Counted from the first letter of the stretch, positions 1 to 9,927 are shown. The stretch: 41,160 nt of DNA from Octopus bimaculoides (GCF_001194135.2 NC_068987.1:54169266-54210425); one strand, 5' to 3'. Made by a program: numbers and translations. Notes: generated by a model not told the origin, from the sequence alone.

Positions 1-266
1 TAGCCATCAATGGAACTGTAAAGATATGTAAAACTTTCCAAAAATTTAGCACATAAATACATATGCATGCATCTAGACATAAAAACGCATCCATAAAACA
101 AACATACAAATCTGCGCATACACTAACACCAAATACTGCACACACACACATATGCACAAATACCTAGATGATGTTGATAAAAGTTCCAATGAAGGAGCCT
201 TGAATCTATGTTAGAGTCCGGCTCTTTCTCTATGGACAAGAAATACAGAAATGAAACTGATTGATA
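1..266 (+). mobile_element. 3' end of RLE-type non-LTR retrotransposon (copy 1): ORF C-terminus, 3' UTR, then (TACA)n
   Basis: Reads GTVKICKTFQKFST* from the window start, matching the ORF end of the copies at 4803-4925 and 40345-40910. The UTR motif TTCCAATGAAGGAGCCTTGAATCTATGTTAGAGTCCGGCTC recurs, reverse-complemented, at ~3930-3990 and ~40400-40450. Confidence 0.7.
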
Positions 267-316
267 ACATACATACATACATACATACATACATACATAC
301 ATACATACATACATAC
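267..316. repeat. (TACA)n microsatellite
   Basis: Perfect tetranucleotide run abutting the RLE 3' end. Confidence 0.98.
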
Positions 317-640
317 AAGCTTGCTTTCCGACCAAGAGGTCGCAAGTTTGGTGCACACTTCTCGGCATCTTAACCAGATGTTCTTTTGTATAGCCTCAAG
401 TCGACTCATACCTTGTAAGTGAAAATGGGTCGACGGAAACGGTTTAGAATCTCGTAGGGTGTATTGTACTTTGTAATTCAAGAGCCTTGCTACATGCAGT
501 GTATCAAGCTGATTCTGCCTGAGAATCACATTAAGGGTACACGTATTTGTGGAATGCTCGTTCACTTACACGTTAATTCAGGAGCAGGTAATTCACTTGA
601 TCGAACAACTGAATAGTCTCCGTCGAACGACGAAGATCCA
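317..640 (+). mobile_element. Degenerate SINE with family-A head/body and family-C tail
   Basis: 317-450 aligns with the heads at 36270 and 17833 (AAGCTTGCTTCC, TATAGCCTC, CCTTGTRAGTG, GACGGAAAC). 470-640 aligns with the tail of the 1669-2050 SINE (GTAATTCAA, TAAGGGTACACGT, CACGTTAATT). Confidence 0.65.
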
Positions 641-690
641 CCACCATGTATGCAAGCACACACAAACACGCGCGCGCACATAAATATATT

Positions 691-904
691 TACGGGCGCA
701 TTACGGTGCTGAAAAGTTCCTGGATTTCGGTAAAAAAAACTATAGAAGGATCAGTTAATTATAATTTTATTCAACATATTCCTCTTCTCAGATTCACACA
801 CAGCGGTCCTTCAGTTTTTCTAAGCCTCTTAAAAGAACTCTGAAGGTTGGGCCTCCAACCAGGCCCTTCGCGACACCCTTCAGGCCATGAACTTTTCAGC
901 ATAT
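691..904. mobile_element. Mariner-derived MITE (~200 bp)
   Basis: Terminal inverted repeats TGCTGAAAAGTTCCTGG / CCATGAACTTTTCAGCA, TA-rich flanks and no coding capacity. TIR and subterminal sequence resemble the mariner end at 24240. Confidence 0.75.
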
Positions 905-921
905 ATGCAATATATGCATGC

Positions 922-989
<68 letters not shown>

Positions 990-990
990 G
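922..990. repeat. (TA)n-(TG)n microsatellite
   Basis: Direct observation. Confidence 0.97.
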
Positions 991-1361
991 TTGACAAATA
1001 TATTTTACGATTCCGTACTGTTACTGTTTATCTCTCGCTCAGAGATTTAATATAACTTATCTCTCTCGTTACGAGATCAGCGACAGTGTGACGCTTGAAA
1101 AAGGATATAATATCTTGCGAGTAGAATGAGTTCTTTATCCCTAGACAGTGATTAACACACACTGAAGACGGGTAACCACCCAGAAACCCGGGTCTCTGTG
1201 TATCACGTAAGGCTAGAGATGGGAGCGATGACCTTCCTAGCAAATACTAATCGGGCGGGCAGATTGTGTCGCTGGCCAGCCGGAGGAGATGTCTTCCTGG
1301 GGCTAAAAACAACAGTAACACCGTCCTCTATAGTACCACCGCATTTAGTTGACAAATATAT
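990..1361 (+). mobile_element. Hammerhead-ribozyme-containing non-autonomous unit (retrozyme-like or solo Penelope pLTR) bounded by a 14-bp direct repeat
   Basis: GTTGACAAATATAT occurs at 990-1003 and 1348-1361. Nested complementary blocks: 1019-1028/1311-1320, 1078-1085/1267-1274 and 1134-1161/1195-1223. Confidence 0.65.
1148..1206 (+). ncRNA. Type I hammerhead ribozyme motif (minimal core, palindromic stem III)
   Basis: CTGAAGA 1162-1168; stem II CGGGT-AACC-ACCCA 1169-1182 (one C-A mismatch); GAA-ACCCGGGT-C 1183-1194 with a GUC cleavage triplet. Stem I pairs ACACACA with TCTGTGT (one mismatch) and extends by GTGAT/ATCAC past a TA bulge. Confidence 0.8.
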
Positions 1362-1668
1362 ATGTGTATATATAAAGAATGATGAGGTATTAAAGTAGAG
1401 AACTCAGTACTGGATTTAGATGTCCACAAAATCAGTAGAAGACTCATATCGCCGCACACACCTCACCAATGATCAAGTGAAAAAACCAAGTATGCGCTGG
1501 GTGTGGTAGCTAGATGGAGAGAGAATTATATCACCACTGGATTAGTATTTTATTTACTAAACCAGAAAGAATAAATGCCAAGACTGACCNNNNNNNNNNC
1601 TAAGGGTCTGTACTAATATCGTTGCTTATTTTGTCCATCGATCTAAAGATTTACCACTTGACCACAAT

Positions 1669-2050
1669 TGTTGTTGGCACTCCGTCGCTTACGACGTCGA
1701 GGGTTCCAGTTGATCCGATCAACGGAACAGCCTGCTCGTGAAATTAACGTGCAAGTGGCTGAGCACTCCACAGACACGTGTACCCTTAACCTAGTTCTCG
1801 GGGAGATTCAGCGTGACACAGAGTGTGACAAAGCTGGCCCTTTGAATTACTGGCACAACAGAAATAGGAAGAGTGAGAGAAAGTTGTGGTGAAAGAGTAC
1901 AGCAGGGTTCACCACCATCCCCTGCTGCAGCCACGTGGATCTTCAGGTGTTTTCGCTCAATAAACACTCACAACGCCCTGTCTGGGAATGGAAACCGCGG
2001 TCCTATGACTGCGAGTCCGCTGCTCTAACTACTGGGCCATTGCGCCTCCA
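1669..2050 (-). mobile_element. Full-length tRNA-type SINE (family C) with 14-bp target-site duplication
   Basis: Head GGCGCAATGGCCCAGTAGTTAGAGCAGCGGACTCGCAGTC...GGTTTCCATTCCC is A/B-box-like; the tail ends in (CAA)n. TSD CACTTGACCACAAT at 1655-1668 and 2051-2064. Confidence 0.88.
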
Positions 2051-2713
2051 CACTTGACCACAATAAGAGATGCGTATTCCTCATTATAAAATTATATTTT
2101 ATTTTATTTCATTGTATCACTTTCAATTAGAATGAATTATATTGATGTTCTTAAATTGTCACCAGAATATCTCTAAAGAATAAGTTTACATTTTTATTGC
2201 TTACTTCAATATTTTTAATTACATTTTCACAATAAATGTAATTAAATTTTTTTCGTATGTCCAATAAAATATTATTTAATTGACTGTCTTATTAAATTAC
2301 ATTTATTTTAATCTGACTTTCATATGCATAAAAAGATACACTGCCTTTGGTCTACCCCAAAAGGAAATATGACAGTCTGCACGCGTTAGGTTAATATACT
2401 CGGTATCTGAACAGTCCCCTGGCCGTTTACAATTTTGACCTGATTCCCACAAACGATATTTATCTGTAGCATGATGTAGTGGATCGTACAATGGAGTTTT
2501 CAAGGCTTATTTCAGTCATGGTGGATACTGAATAAGCCAGCCTCTTAACACAAGATTGCTTCCAAATATCAATATTTACGATTACAACTAAGCAGCGGAA
2601 TATTACTTGGCCTTTCGTGATTTGAGGACTCAATAACGATTGGTCAGCCATGTTGAAAGTAAGATAAATAGCATATGAGACTTCCACGCCTTTCTCAATG
2701 GTATTATCCGGTT

Positions 2714-2935
2714 AAGGACGATGGATTGGCAGAATCGTTTGAGCGTTGGCAAATGATTTACGTTATTTGCTCTTGCTCTTTACGTTCCGAGCTCAAATGC
2801 CGGTTAGATCAATTTTAGCATTCATCCTTCTGTACTCGATAAAATGAAGTATCAGTAAAGTGTTGGTAGGGTCAATGGTATCGACCTAGTACCATTAAAA
2901 AATTGATTGCCTTGTGCCTAAATTAGAAGCCCTTA
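2714..2935 (+). mobile_element. Degenerate SINE (family B)
   Basis: Aligns with the reverse complement of 15790-16002 (TGGCAGAATCGTT, TTCATCCTT, CGATAAAAT.AAGTA.CAG, GGGTC.AT). Confidence 0.6.
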
Positions 2936-3064
2936 TATCCAAGTGTAATATTTACCACCTAGAATGAAACCTAAGTTTGCTGGAAGCTTGCTTACCTATT
3001 AAGCAATGCATTTAGCTAACTTAAAAAATAAGAAACACACGAACCAAGAAGATAACCTGAAGAT

Positions 3065-3240
3065 GGTTACGTAATCTGCAAGAAATAGCTTTCGAGCTCT
3101 CCCACAATTTACAGTCTACTATCTTGAACTTAAAATAGGATTTATTCCAGAATGTTGGTCTAAATATACCGAAATACTACATGGTCATAGTTGAAATATT
3201 TATAACCAAAGACATTCCAATCGTAACCACTCCCGTATTT
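3065..3240 (-). repeat. Unclassified interspersed repeat, related to 22345-22400 and 22610-22760
   Basis: All three sites share a GAGATTTGGYTGCTATTTCT-like motif. Confidence 0.4.
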
Positions 3241-3299
3241 TGATTATGTGTATATGTGTCATGAATGTCGCCATGTATCTGTGCTTGGGTATGTGTTTG

Positions 3300-3316
3300 T
3301 GCGTGGGTATGTGTAT

Positions 3317-3357
<41 letters not shown>

Positions 3358-3577
3358 AGTGTATTTGTATGTGTGTATTAGCAGCTGAAAATCAACTTCT
3401 AAAATATTGACTATTATCATATGTACATATGTATGTGTGTGTGTATGTATGTATGTATGTATGTATGTATGTATGTATGCATGTATGTATGTATGTATGT
3501 ATGTATGCATGTATGTATGTATGTATGTATGTATGTACGTAGGTATGTATGTATGCATGCGTGCATGTACTATGTAT
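3300..3577. repeat. Compound (TG)n / (TGTA)n microsatellite
   Basis: Direct observation. Confidence 0.95.
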
Positions 3578-3860
3578 GTTCCTTTGCGATTTGTTTTAAG
3601 AGTTTTCCTTTGCAGAATTCAAGTAGAAAGCCTAAATCCGGCGAACCACAAAACCCAAGACAGCTCTCGGATTTTGTGGTTACCTTGATTTGTTGAAGTG
3701 TGCATATGTGTGTATGTGTGTATTGTGCGTATGTTGTGTACGAGTGGTTAAAATTACACTTGTGAGTGCGTGTCACGACAGAACACCCAGGAGCATCATA
3801 TGGAGAATCACTGAAATGTTTTACAAATTTTCACTGCTTAGTTAATCGTTTCTAAGTACA

Positions 3861-3894
<34 letters not shown>

Positions 3895-3904
3895 CGTGAA
3901 TATA

Positions 3905-4008
3905 TGTATGACAATGTATGTATGATCTCTTGCTAATAGAGAAAAAGCCGGTTTCTAACCTAAATCCAAGGTTATTTCATTGGAATTTCAGCATCAGTAG
4001 GATATTTT
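3905..4008 (-). mobile_element. RLE element copy 2, distal 3' UTR
   Basis: The reverse complement matches 160-245 of copy 1, and TACA-type repeats flank it on both sides. Confidence 0.65.
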
Positions 4009-4074
4009 TGTATGTATGTATGTATGTATGTATGTATGTATGTATGTATGTATGTATGTATGTATTAATGCATG

Positions 4075-4581
4075 AATATTCTTTTATTCTTTTATCTGTT
4101 TCAGTCATTTGACTGCAGTCATGCTGGAGCACCGCCTTTAGTCGAACAAATCGACTCTAGGACTTATTCTTTGTAAGCTTGGTACTTATTCCATCGGTCT
4201 CTTTTGCCGAACCGCTAGGTTACGGGAACGTAAACACACCAACATCGGTTGTCAATCGATGGTGGGAGAATAAACACATTCGCACAAATACATACATATA
4301 TATATATATTAAAAACTTAGGGAATAATAAGTATTCCAGGTTATCAGGACATTTGCTACTTTACACTTTACTAATGCAATGTAAACAGTATCATTTACAA
4401 TATTATCACAAATTTGGGATTTTACCAATAGAACCACAACTCCTGTTTCAGGACAACCTTATTTTCTGGAATACACATAGAAAGTTATATTCAATATTGG
4501 GTATAACTTTCTATGCGTATTCCAGAAAATAAGCTTGTCCTGAAGCAGGAGTTGCAGTTCTATTGGTAAAATCCCAAATTT

Positions 4582-4623
<42 letters not shown>

Positions 4624-4802
4624 TATATATATATATATATATACACGACAGGTTTGTTTCACTTTCCGGTTACCAAATTTACTCACAAGGCTTTGGTCAG
4701 CCCCAGGCTATAGTAAAAAATACTTGCCCAAGGCACCACGCAGTGAGACTGAACTCGGAACCATGTGATTGGGAAGCAAGCTTCCGACCACACAGCCACG
4801 CC
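4075..4802 (-). mobile_element. SINE family A (head 4646-4802, tail 4075-4290) with an insertion in its central microsatellite
   Basis: Head GGCGTGGCTGTGTGG..GAAGCTTGCTTCCCAATCACATGGTTCCGAGTTCAGTC. The tail matches 7550-7662, 9928-9981 and the reverse complement of 36480-36548. Confidence 0.85.
4401..4590. repeat. Near-perfect ~190-bp palindrome (foldback)
   Basis: Arm 4408-4489 is the reverse complement of arm 4502-4583 with a few mismatches, centred on AATATT 4493-4498. The ORF track shows near-identical peptides on both strands. Confidence 0.95.
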
Positions 4803-4925
4803 AGCAGATTTGTATGTTTTGTTTTATCTATGCATTCACATGCTTATATTTGCATGTCTAGACATTCCTATATATACTTAAATGATAAACTTCTGGAAAG
4901 TTTTACAGATTTTTACAGTTCCAGT
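4803..4925 (-). mobile_element. RLE element copy 2, ORF end and proximal 3' UTR (5'-truncated)
   Basis: Minus strand reads GTVKICKTFQKFII*, then TCTAGACAT...ACATACAAATCTGC as in copy 1. Confidence 0.72.
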
Positions 4926-5050
4926 GTATGTATGTATGTATGTATGTATGTATGTATGTATGTATGGATGGATGGATGGATGTATGCATGTATGTATGTA
5001 TGTATGTATGTATGTATGTATGTATGTATGTATGTATGTGTGTGTGTGTG
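4926..5050. repeat. (TGTA)n/(TGGA)n/(TG)n microsatellite between two RLE copies
   Basis: Direct observation. Confidence 0.97.
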
Positions 5051-5099
5051 CGCGCACATGTATGTATGTGTGTATATATGGAAGTTTTATGTGTTCATA

Positions 5100-6075
5100 T
5101 ATATTGTATTTCTTTTCCTTATTCGAATTTCAGATTAAAAGTCCTGTCACTTGCTCGATAAGAACAGTTACTAAAAAAATGATAAATAATGAAATTATTT
5201 TCATCACCCTTAGCGCAAACCATTTAACCAGTAAATCTTAAAAAGTCCTACAGATTTTTATTGTCCTCTATATTGTGATCATCTGCAGCATATAAACAAT
5301 GAAACACAGTCTTTTTCAATGAAACTAAATTAAATTGTATTTTTACCTCAGGCGCATCGGTACACATTTTGCTGCCTTTTATCATTCCTTAATGCTCAAT
5401 AATGGATATAAAGCCGAAAGTGGGTTTTAGTGTTGGATTTACAAACTCCTCATCAATGGCCCGTGAATAAGTTCTTTCGTATTTTCTTTCCACATTGTTG
5501 CCAAGTTGGCAACTGGTTTCTACGACAGAGCATTTTTTTATTTTGCGATCCAAACAAGAATATATTCCTTTGGTTTACAGCTTCTGAACTCCTGCAAGAA
5601 AGGGTGAGCGATGTTTTTGGATTCAAGATATCCATTCCATAAACACTGTTATGATCAAATTTCTTAATGGATTTAATGAGAGTACAACGAGCAGCACTGA
5701 CAAAATAAGGCCCTTCATGTTATTTTTTTGATAATGAGTAAAGTCAAGCCTAATTCGTTTGTTAGAATTATAGAGAAATCAATTTGTATACCACATTTCG
5801 ATTAGGTATTGAGTAACAGCTACGTGTAGTGGTAGATTTTGGCTAATCCTAATATTTTGATAATCCGCTCACACAGTATATTATCAACCCCTTTCTAGTA
5901 GACCAGACACACTAAAGCTAACTTTCAGCGGTTCTTTATTGTTTCATCTTTCTTCTTTAGCAACTGCTCTACATTAACCCAATATTTTCTTTATCACAAC
6001 ATCATCTTGTTCAGGTTTCATATCTTTAGTAGCTCAATGTTCCTGTATAAACTGGTTAAGGTATTCACTGTACAT
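5100..6075 (-). mobile_element. Older RLE element copy 4: degenerate RLE domain and ORF end
   Basis: One minus frame with stops reads LDRKIKKCSVVETSCQLGNNVERK...PTFGFISIIEH*GMI, paralleling WDRQDKVCTVIENSCPAVVNI...KFTFISIII at 40603-40836. A frameshifted GTIKICRTF lies near 5240. Confidence 0.6.
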
Positions 6076-6518
6076 TGTATACATCTGTGTGTGCGTGCGT
6101 GCGTGCGNNNNNNNNNNNNNNNNNNNNNNNNNNNNNNNNNNNNNNNNNNNNNNNNNNNNNNNNNNNNNNNNNNNNNNNNNNNNNNNNNNNNNNNNNNNNN
6201 NNNNNNNNNNNNNNNNNNNNNNNNNNNNNNNNNNNNNNNNNNNNNNNNNNNNNNNNNNNNNNNNNNNNNNNNNNNNNNNNNNNNNNNNNNNNNNNNNNNN
6301 NNNNNNNNNNNNNNNNNNNNNNNNNNNNNNNNNNNNNNNNNNNNNNNNNNNNNNNNNNNNNNNNNNNNNNNNNNNNNNNNNNNNNNNNNNNNNNNNNNNN
6401 NNNNNNNNNNNNNNNNNNNNNNNNNNNNNNNNNNNNNNNNNNNNNNNNNNNNNNNNNNNNNNNNNNNNNNNNNNNNNNNNNNNNNNNNNNNNNNNNNNNN
6501 NNNNNNNNNNNNNNNNNN

Positions 6519-6584
<66 letters not shown>

Positions 6585-7549
6585 TGTGTGCGCGCGCATG
6601 CAATGTTCTTTCAAGCGGCTTTTATTTTGATGAGAATTGAAATATAGTAGTTGATCACTATTTTGATTCGTCTAATATCTTTATTCTCTTTCAATATAAA
6701 ATTCTGTTAGAACATCTATGCCTGATAATTTTCTGATTGTCATTTTCTTTAAATTTCTTTCTACTAGTGTACCATTATTTTCATATTACTTTTGCTACTT
6801 ATCTTTGCAATGGGCTGCCACTAGTTCACTTAGTTTCGCAACTTGCACGTCGAACTATCACAGCATCATTCAACACTTTCTTCTGTTTGGGTAGAGTTTT
6901 TAATAAGGATTTTTGAAACTATGATAGATTTAATCAAGATATCTGGCCCACAGTCAGTTCAACATTTGACATTTATAAAACCTAAGCTTTAGTTTTTCAA
7001 ATATAGTTCCAGGTTCTAGTTTCAGCTTATTTTGTTTAATCTCTTCGTCTTTAACACTTTCTTTCCCACCATTTTTCCCTCACTGGATCCAGCAACAGTT
7101 TTCGTTGCACAATTTTCGTTCTCAGACTTAATTTTTTTTCAACATCATTCTTCTTTGATTTACACATGTTACCTACAAAAAAAAAACGCCTTTTACGCTG
7201 GTATCACTTCCAGCTGATACATGTACAGTAACTCACGACAACTCTTCCGTTCTTTCACGATATGCATTTGAATTACACACACTCACACATACATATACAT
7301 ACACAAAGCCATTCATATTGCACGAATGCTCGAACTCTTCCTAACACTCTACACATCTAGTCTCACACACACAGGCACACAGACACATACATGTTTTCTC
7401 ATAGACCAGCATCTTTGTTTTCAAACATATCTAACAGTATGCACTGATCCTGAAAGTATGCAGTGATACATGGCATGTTATAATAAATCGGTCGATTTAT
7501 TGTATCTCTACAGCTTTTTAGATTGTGCATATTAAATGATATATATATA

Positions 7550-7662
7550 TTCTTTTATTCTTTTGTCTTTTTTCGTTTCAGTCATTTGACTGCGACCATG
7601 CTCGAGCACCGCCTTTAGTCGAGTAAATCGACACAGGACCTATTCTTTATCAGCCTAGAACT
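7550..7662 (-). mobile_element. SINE family A tail, cut by an assembly gap
   Basis: TTTCAGTCATTTGACTGCGACCATGCTCGAGCACCGCCTTTAGTCGA matches 4095-4160. Confidence 0.8.
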
Positions 7663-9015
7663 NNNNNNNNNNNNNNNNNNNNNNNNNNNNNNNNNNNNNN
7701 NNNNNNNNNNNNNNNNNNNNNNNNNNNNNNNNNNNNNNNNNNNNNNNNNNNNNNNNNNNNNNNNNNNNNNNNNNNNNNNNNNNNNNNNNNNNNNNNNNNN
7801 NNNNNNNNNNNNNNNNNNNNNNNNNNNNNNNNNNNNNNNNNNNNNNNNNNNNNNNNNNNNNNNNNNNNNNNNNNNNNNNNNNNNNNNNNNNNNNNNNNNN
7901 NNNNNNNNNNNNNNNNNNNNNNNNNNNNNNNNNNNNNNNNNNNNNNNNNNNNNNNNNNNNNNNNNNNNNNNNNNNNNNNNNNNNNNNNNNNNNNNNNNNN
8001 NNNNNNNNNNNNNNNNNNNNNNNNNNNNNNNNNNNNNNNNNNNNNNNNNNNNNNNNNNNNNNNNNNNNNNNNNNNNNNNNNNNNNNNNNNNNNNNNNNNN
8101 NNNNNNNTATGAGCATATATATATTTTTTTGCGGAGGGTCAAAATTGGTAACACAAACAGGACAGCGAAAGCAAACAGGAAGAGCTGCTCAGCCTAAACG
8201 AGGCTGTGGTGGCGAACGCGTAAATCAAGCTTGGACAGAAGACAGACAAGAACACGTCTTCCTTGTTCCAGCTACAACGGAGAGAAAGAAACACAAGTTA
8301 GGAGAAGAAAGAAAGATGGCCAATGGGCACGTGGGAGCCATGTGAACAGGGGAGGAGGAGTGAGGGAGAGAGAGTGACAGAGTAAGGGTATAGAATAGTG
8401 GGAGAGCAACTGTTTTATCGGAAGCGTATATTGTTGTTAAATGCTCGAAATGCGAGAAAACAGCCAACAACTGGTGAAGGGTCGTTCTTTATGTTGTTTG
8501 TCTTGTTTTCCATTTGTGCCTTTCGTTGTTCGAAAAAATAGTTTATATTGCATGTACTCGTACTTCGTATTTTTTTATTGTACGCATTTCATGACGTCCT
8601 GTGCCCACATATCCATGAGACCATGTTAGATACAGGCAAAATAAAAATCATCGAAGTGGGCGGGTTAACGTAAGCGAGCGTGAGCACGTGAGTGACAGGT
8701 GGAGTGCATATGACAGCCACGTGCATGTATCTATGTTAGTGTACGTGTATGTGCCTGGGTTTGAGTGAGCCAGGGTGGGCTTGAGTGGGCCAGTGTGAGT
8801 GTGTGTGTGTGTGCTCATGAATAATAATGTGTCTATGTATAAATTTACGGTGATGTAGGTATCCATAGGAGTATCTATGTGTCTGTCGGTGTGTATGTGT
8901 ATGTGTGTGCGCTCGTGTATGTGTGTGTGATGTGTATGTGTGTGCGTGTATGAGTATGTATTTGTGAATGCGTGAATGTATGTGGTACACCGTGTGAAAT
9001 ATATGATTGCGTGTC

Positions 9016-9055
<40 letters not shown>

Positions 9056-9835
9056 NNNNNNNNNNNNNNNNNNNNNNNNNNNNNNNNNNNNNNNNNNNNN
9101 NNNNNNNNNNNNNNNNNNNNNNNNNNNNNNNNNNNNNNNNNNNNNNNNNNNNNNNNNNNNNNNNNNNNNNNNNNNNNNNNNNNNNNNNNNNNNNNNNNNN
9201 NNNNNNNNNNNNNNNNNNNNNNNNNNNNNNNNNNNNNNNNNNNNNNNNNNNNNNNNNNNNNNNNNNNNNNNNNNNNNNNNNNNNNNNNNNNNNNNNNNNN
9301 NNNNNNNNNNNNNNNNNNNNNNNNNNNNNNNNNNNNNNNNNNNNNNNNNNNNNNNNNNNNNNNNNNNNNNNNNNNNNNNNNNNNNNNNNNNNNNNNNNNN
9401 NNNNNNNNNNNNNNNNNNNNNNNNNNNNNNNNNNNNNNNNNNNNNNNNNNNNNNNNNNNNNNNNNNNNNNNNNNNNNNNNNNNNNNNNNNNNNNNNNNNN
9501 NNNNNNNNNNNNNNNNNNNNNNNNNNNNNNNNNNNNNNNNNNNNNNNNNNNNNNNNNNNNNNNNNNNNNNNNNNNNNNNNNNNNNNNNNNNNNNNNNNNN
9601 NNNNNNNNNNNNNNNNNNNNNNNNNNNNNNNNNNNNNNNNNNNNNNNNNNNNNNNNNNNNNNNNNNNNNNNNNNNNNNNNNNNNNNNNNNNNNNNNNNNN
9701 NNNNNNNNNNNNNNNNNNNNNNNNNNNNNNNNNNNNNNNNNNNNNNNNNNNNNNNNNNNNNNNNNNNNNNNNNNNNNNNNNNNNNNNNNNNNNNNNNNNN
9801 NNNNNNNNNNNNNNNNNNNNNNNNNNNNNNNNNNN

Positions 9836-9902
9836 CGGACGGACGGACGGACGGACGGACGGACGGACGGACGGACGGACGGACGGACGGACAGATAGAT
9901 AG
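9836..9902. repeat. (GACG)n grading into GACA/GATA
   Basis: Direct observation. Confidence 0.95.
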
Positions 9903-9927
9903 AGAAATATGCATATTCACACACATA

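Noticed and set aside
1028-1243. Minus-strand ORF with KRHTVADLVTREISYIKSL, resembling the start of a RhoGEF DH domain
   Set aside because: It stops immediately afterwards with no splice donor, and it is the antisense of the structured hammerhead unit; judged coincidental.
1975-2046. tRNA-like sequence
   Set aside because: It is the head of a SINE with a TSD and tail; no complete cloverleaf, so it is not called as a tRNA gene.
3050-3100. CTGAAGA...GAAATAGCTTTC, hammerhead-like
   Set aside because: Stems I and II do not pair convincingly, and the GAAATAGC part belongs to an interspersed repeat also seen at 22345 and 22700.
3644-3681. 10-bp hairpin AACCACAAAA/TTTTGTGGTT
   Set aside because: Short and low-complexity, with no supporting context.
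3259-5241. ORFs rich in MYVC, HTYI, YIYI, poly-N or poly-Y, here and throughout the window
   Set aside because: They are translations of microsatellites, not genes.
6650-7150. Possible upstream continuation of RLE copy 4 (KLYPNRRK resembling RLYxxRxxGGRG)
   Set aside because: Too degenerate and separated by a gap; it needs a profile alignment.
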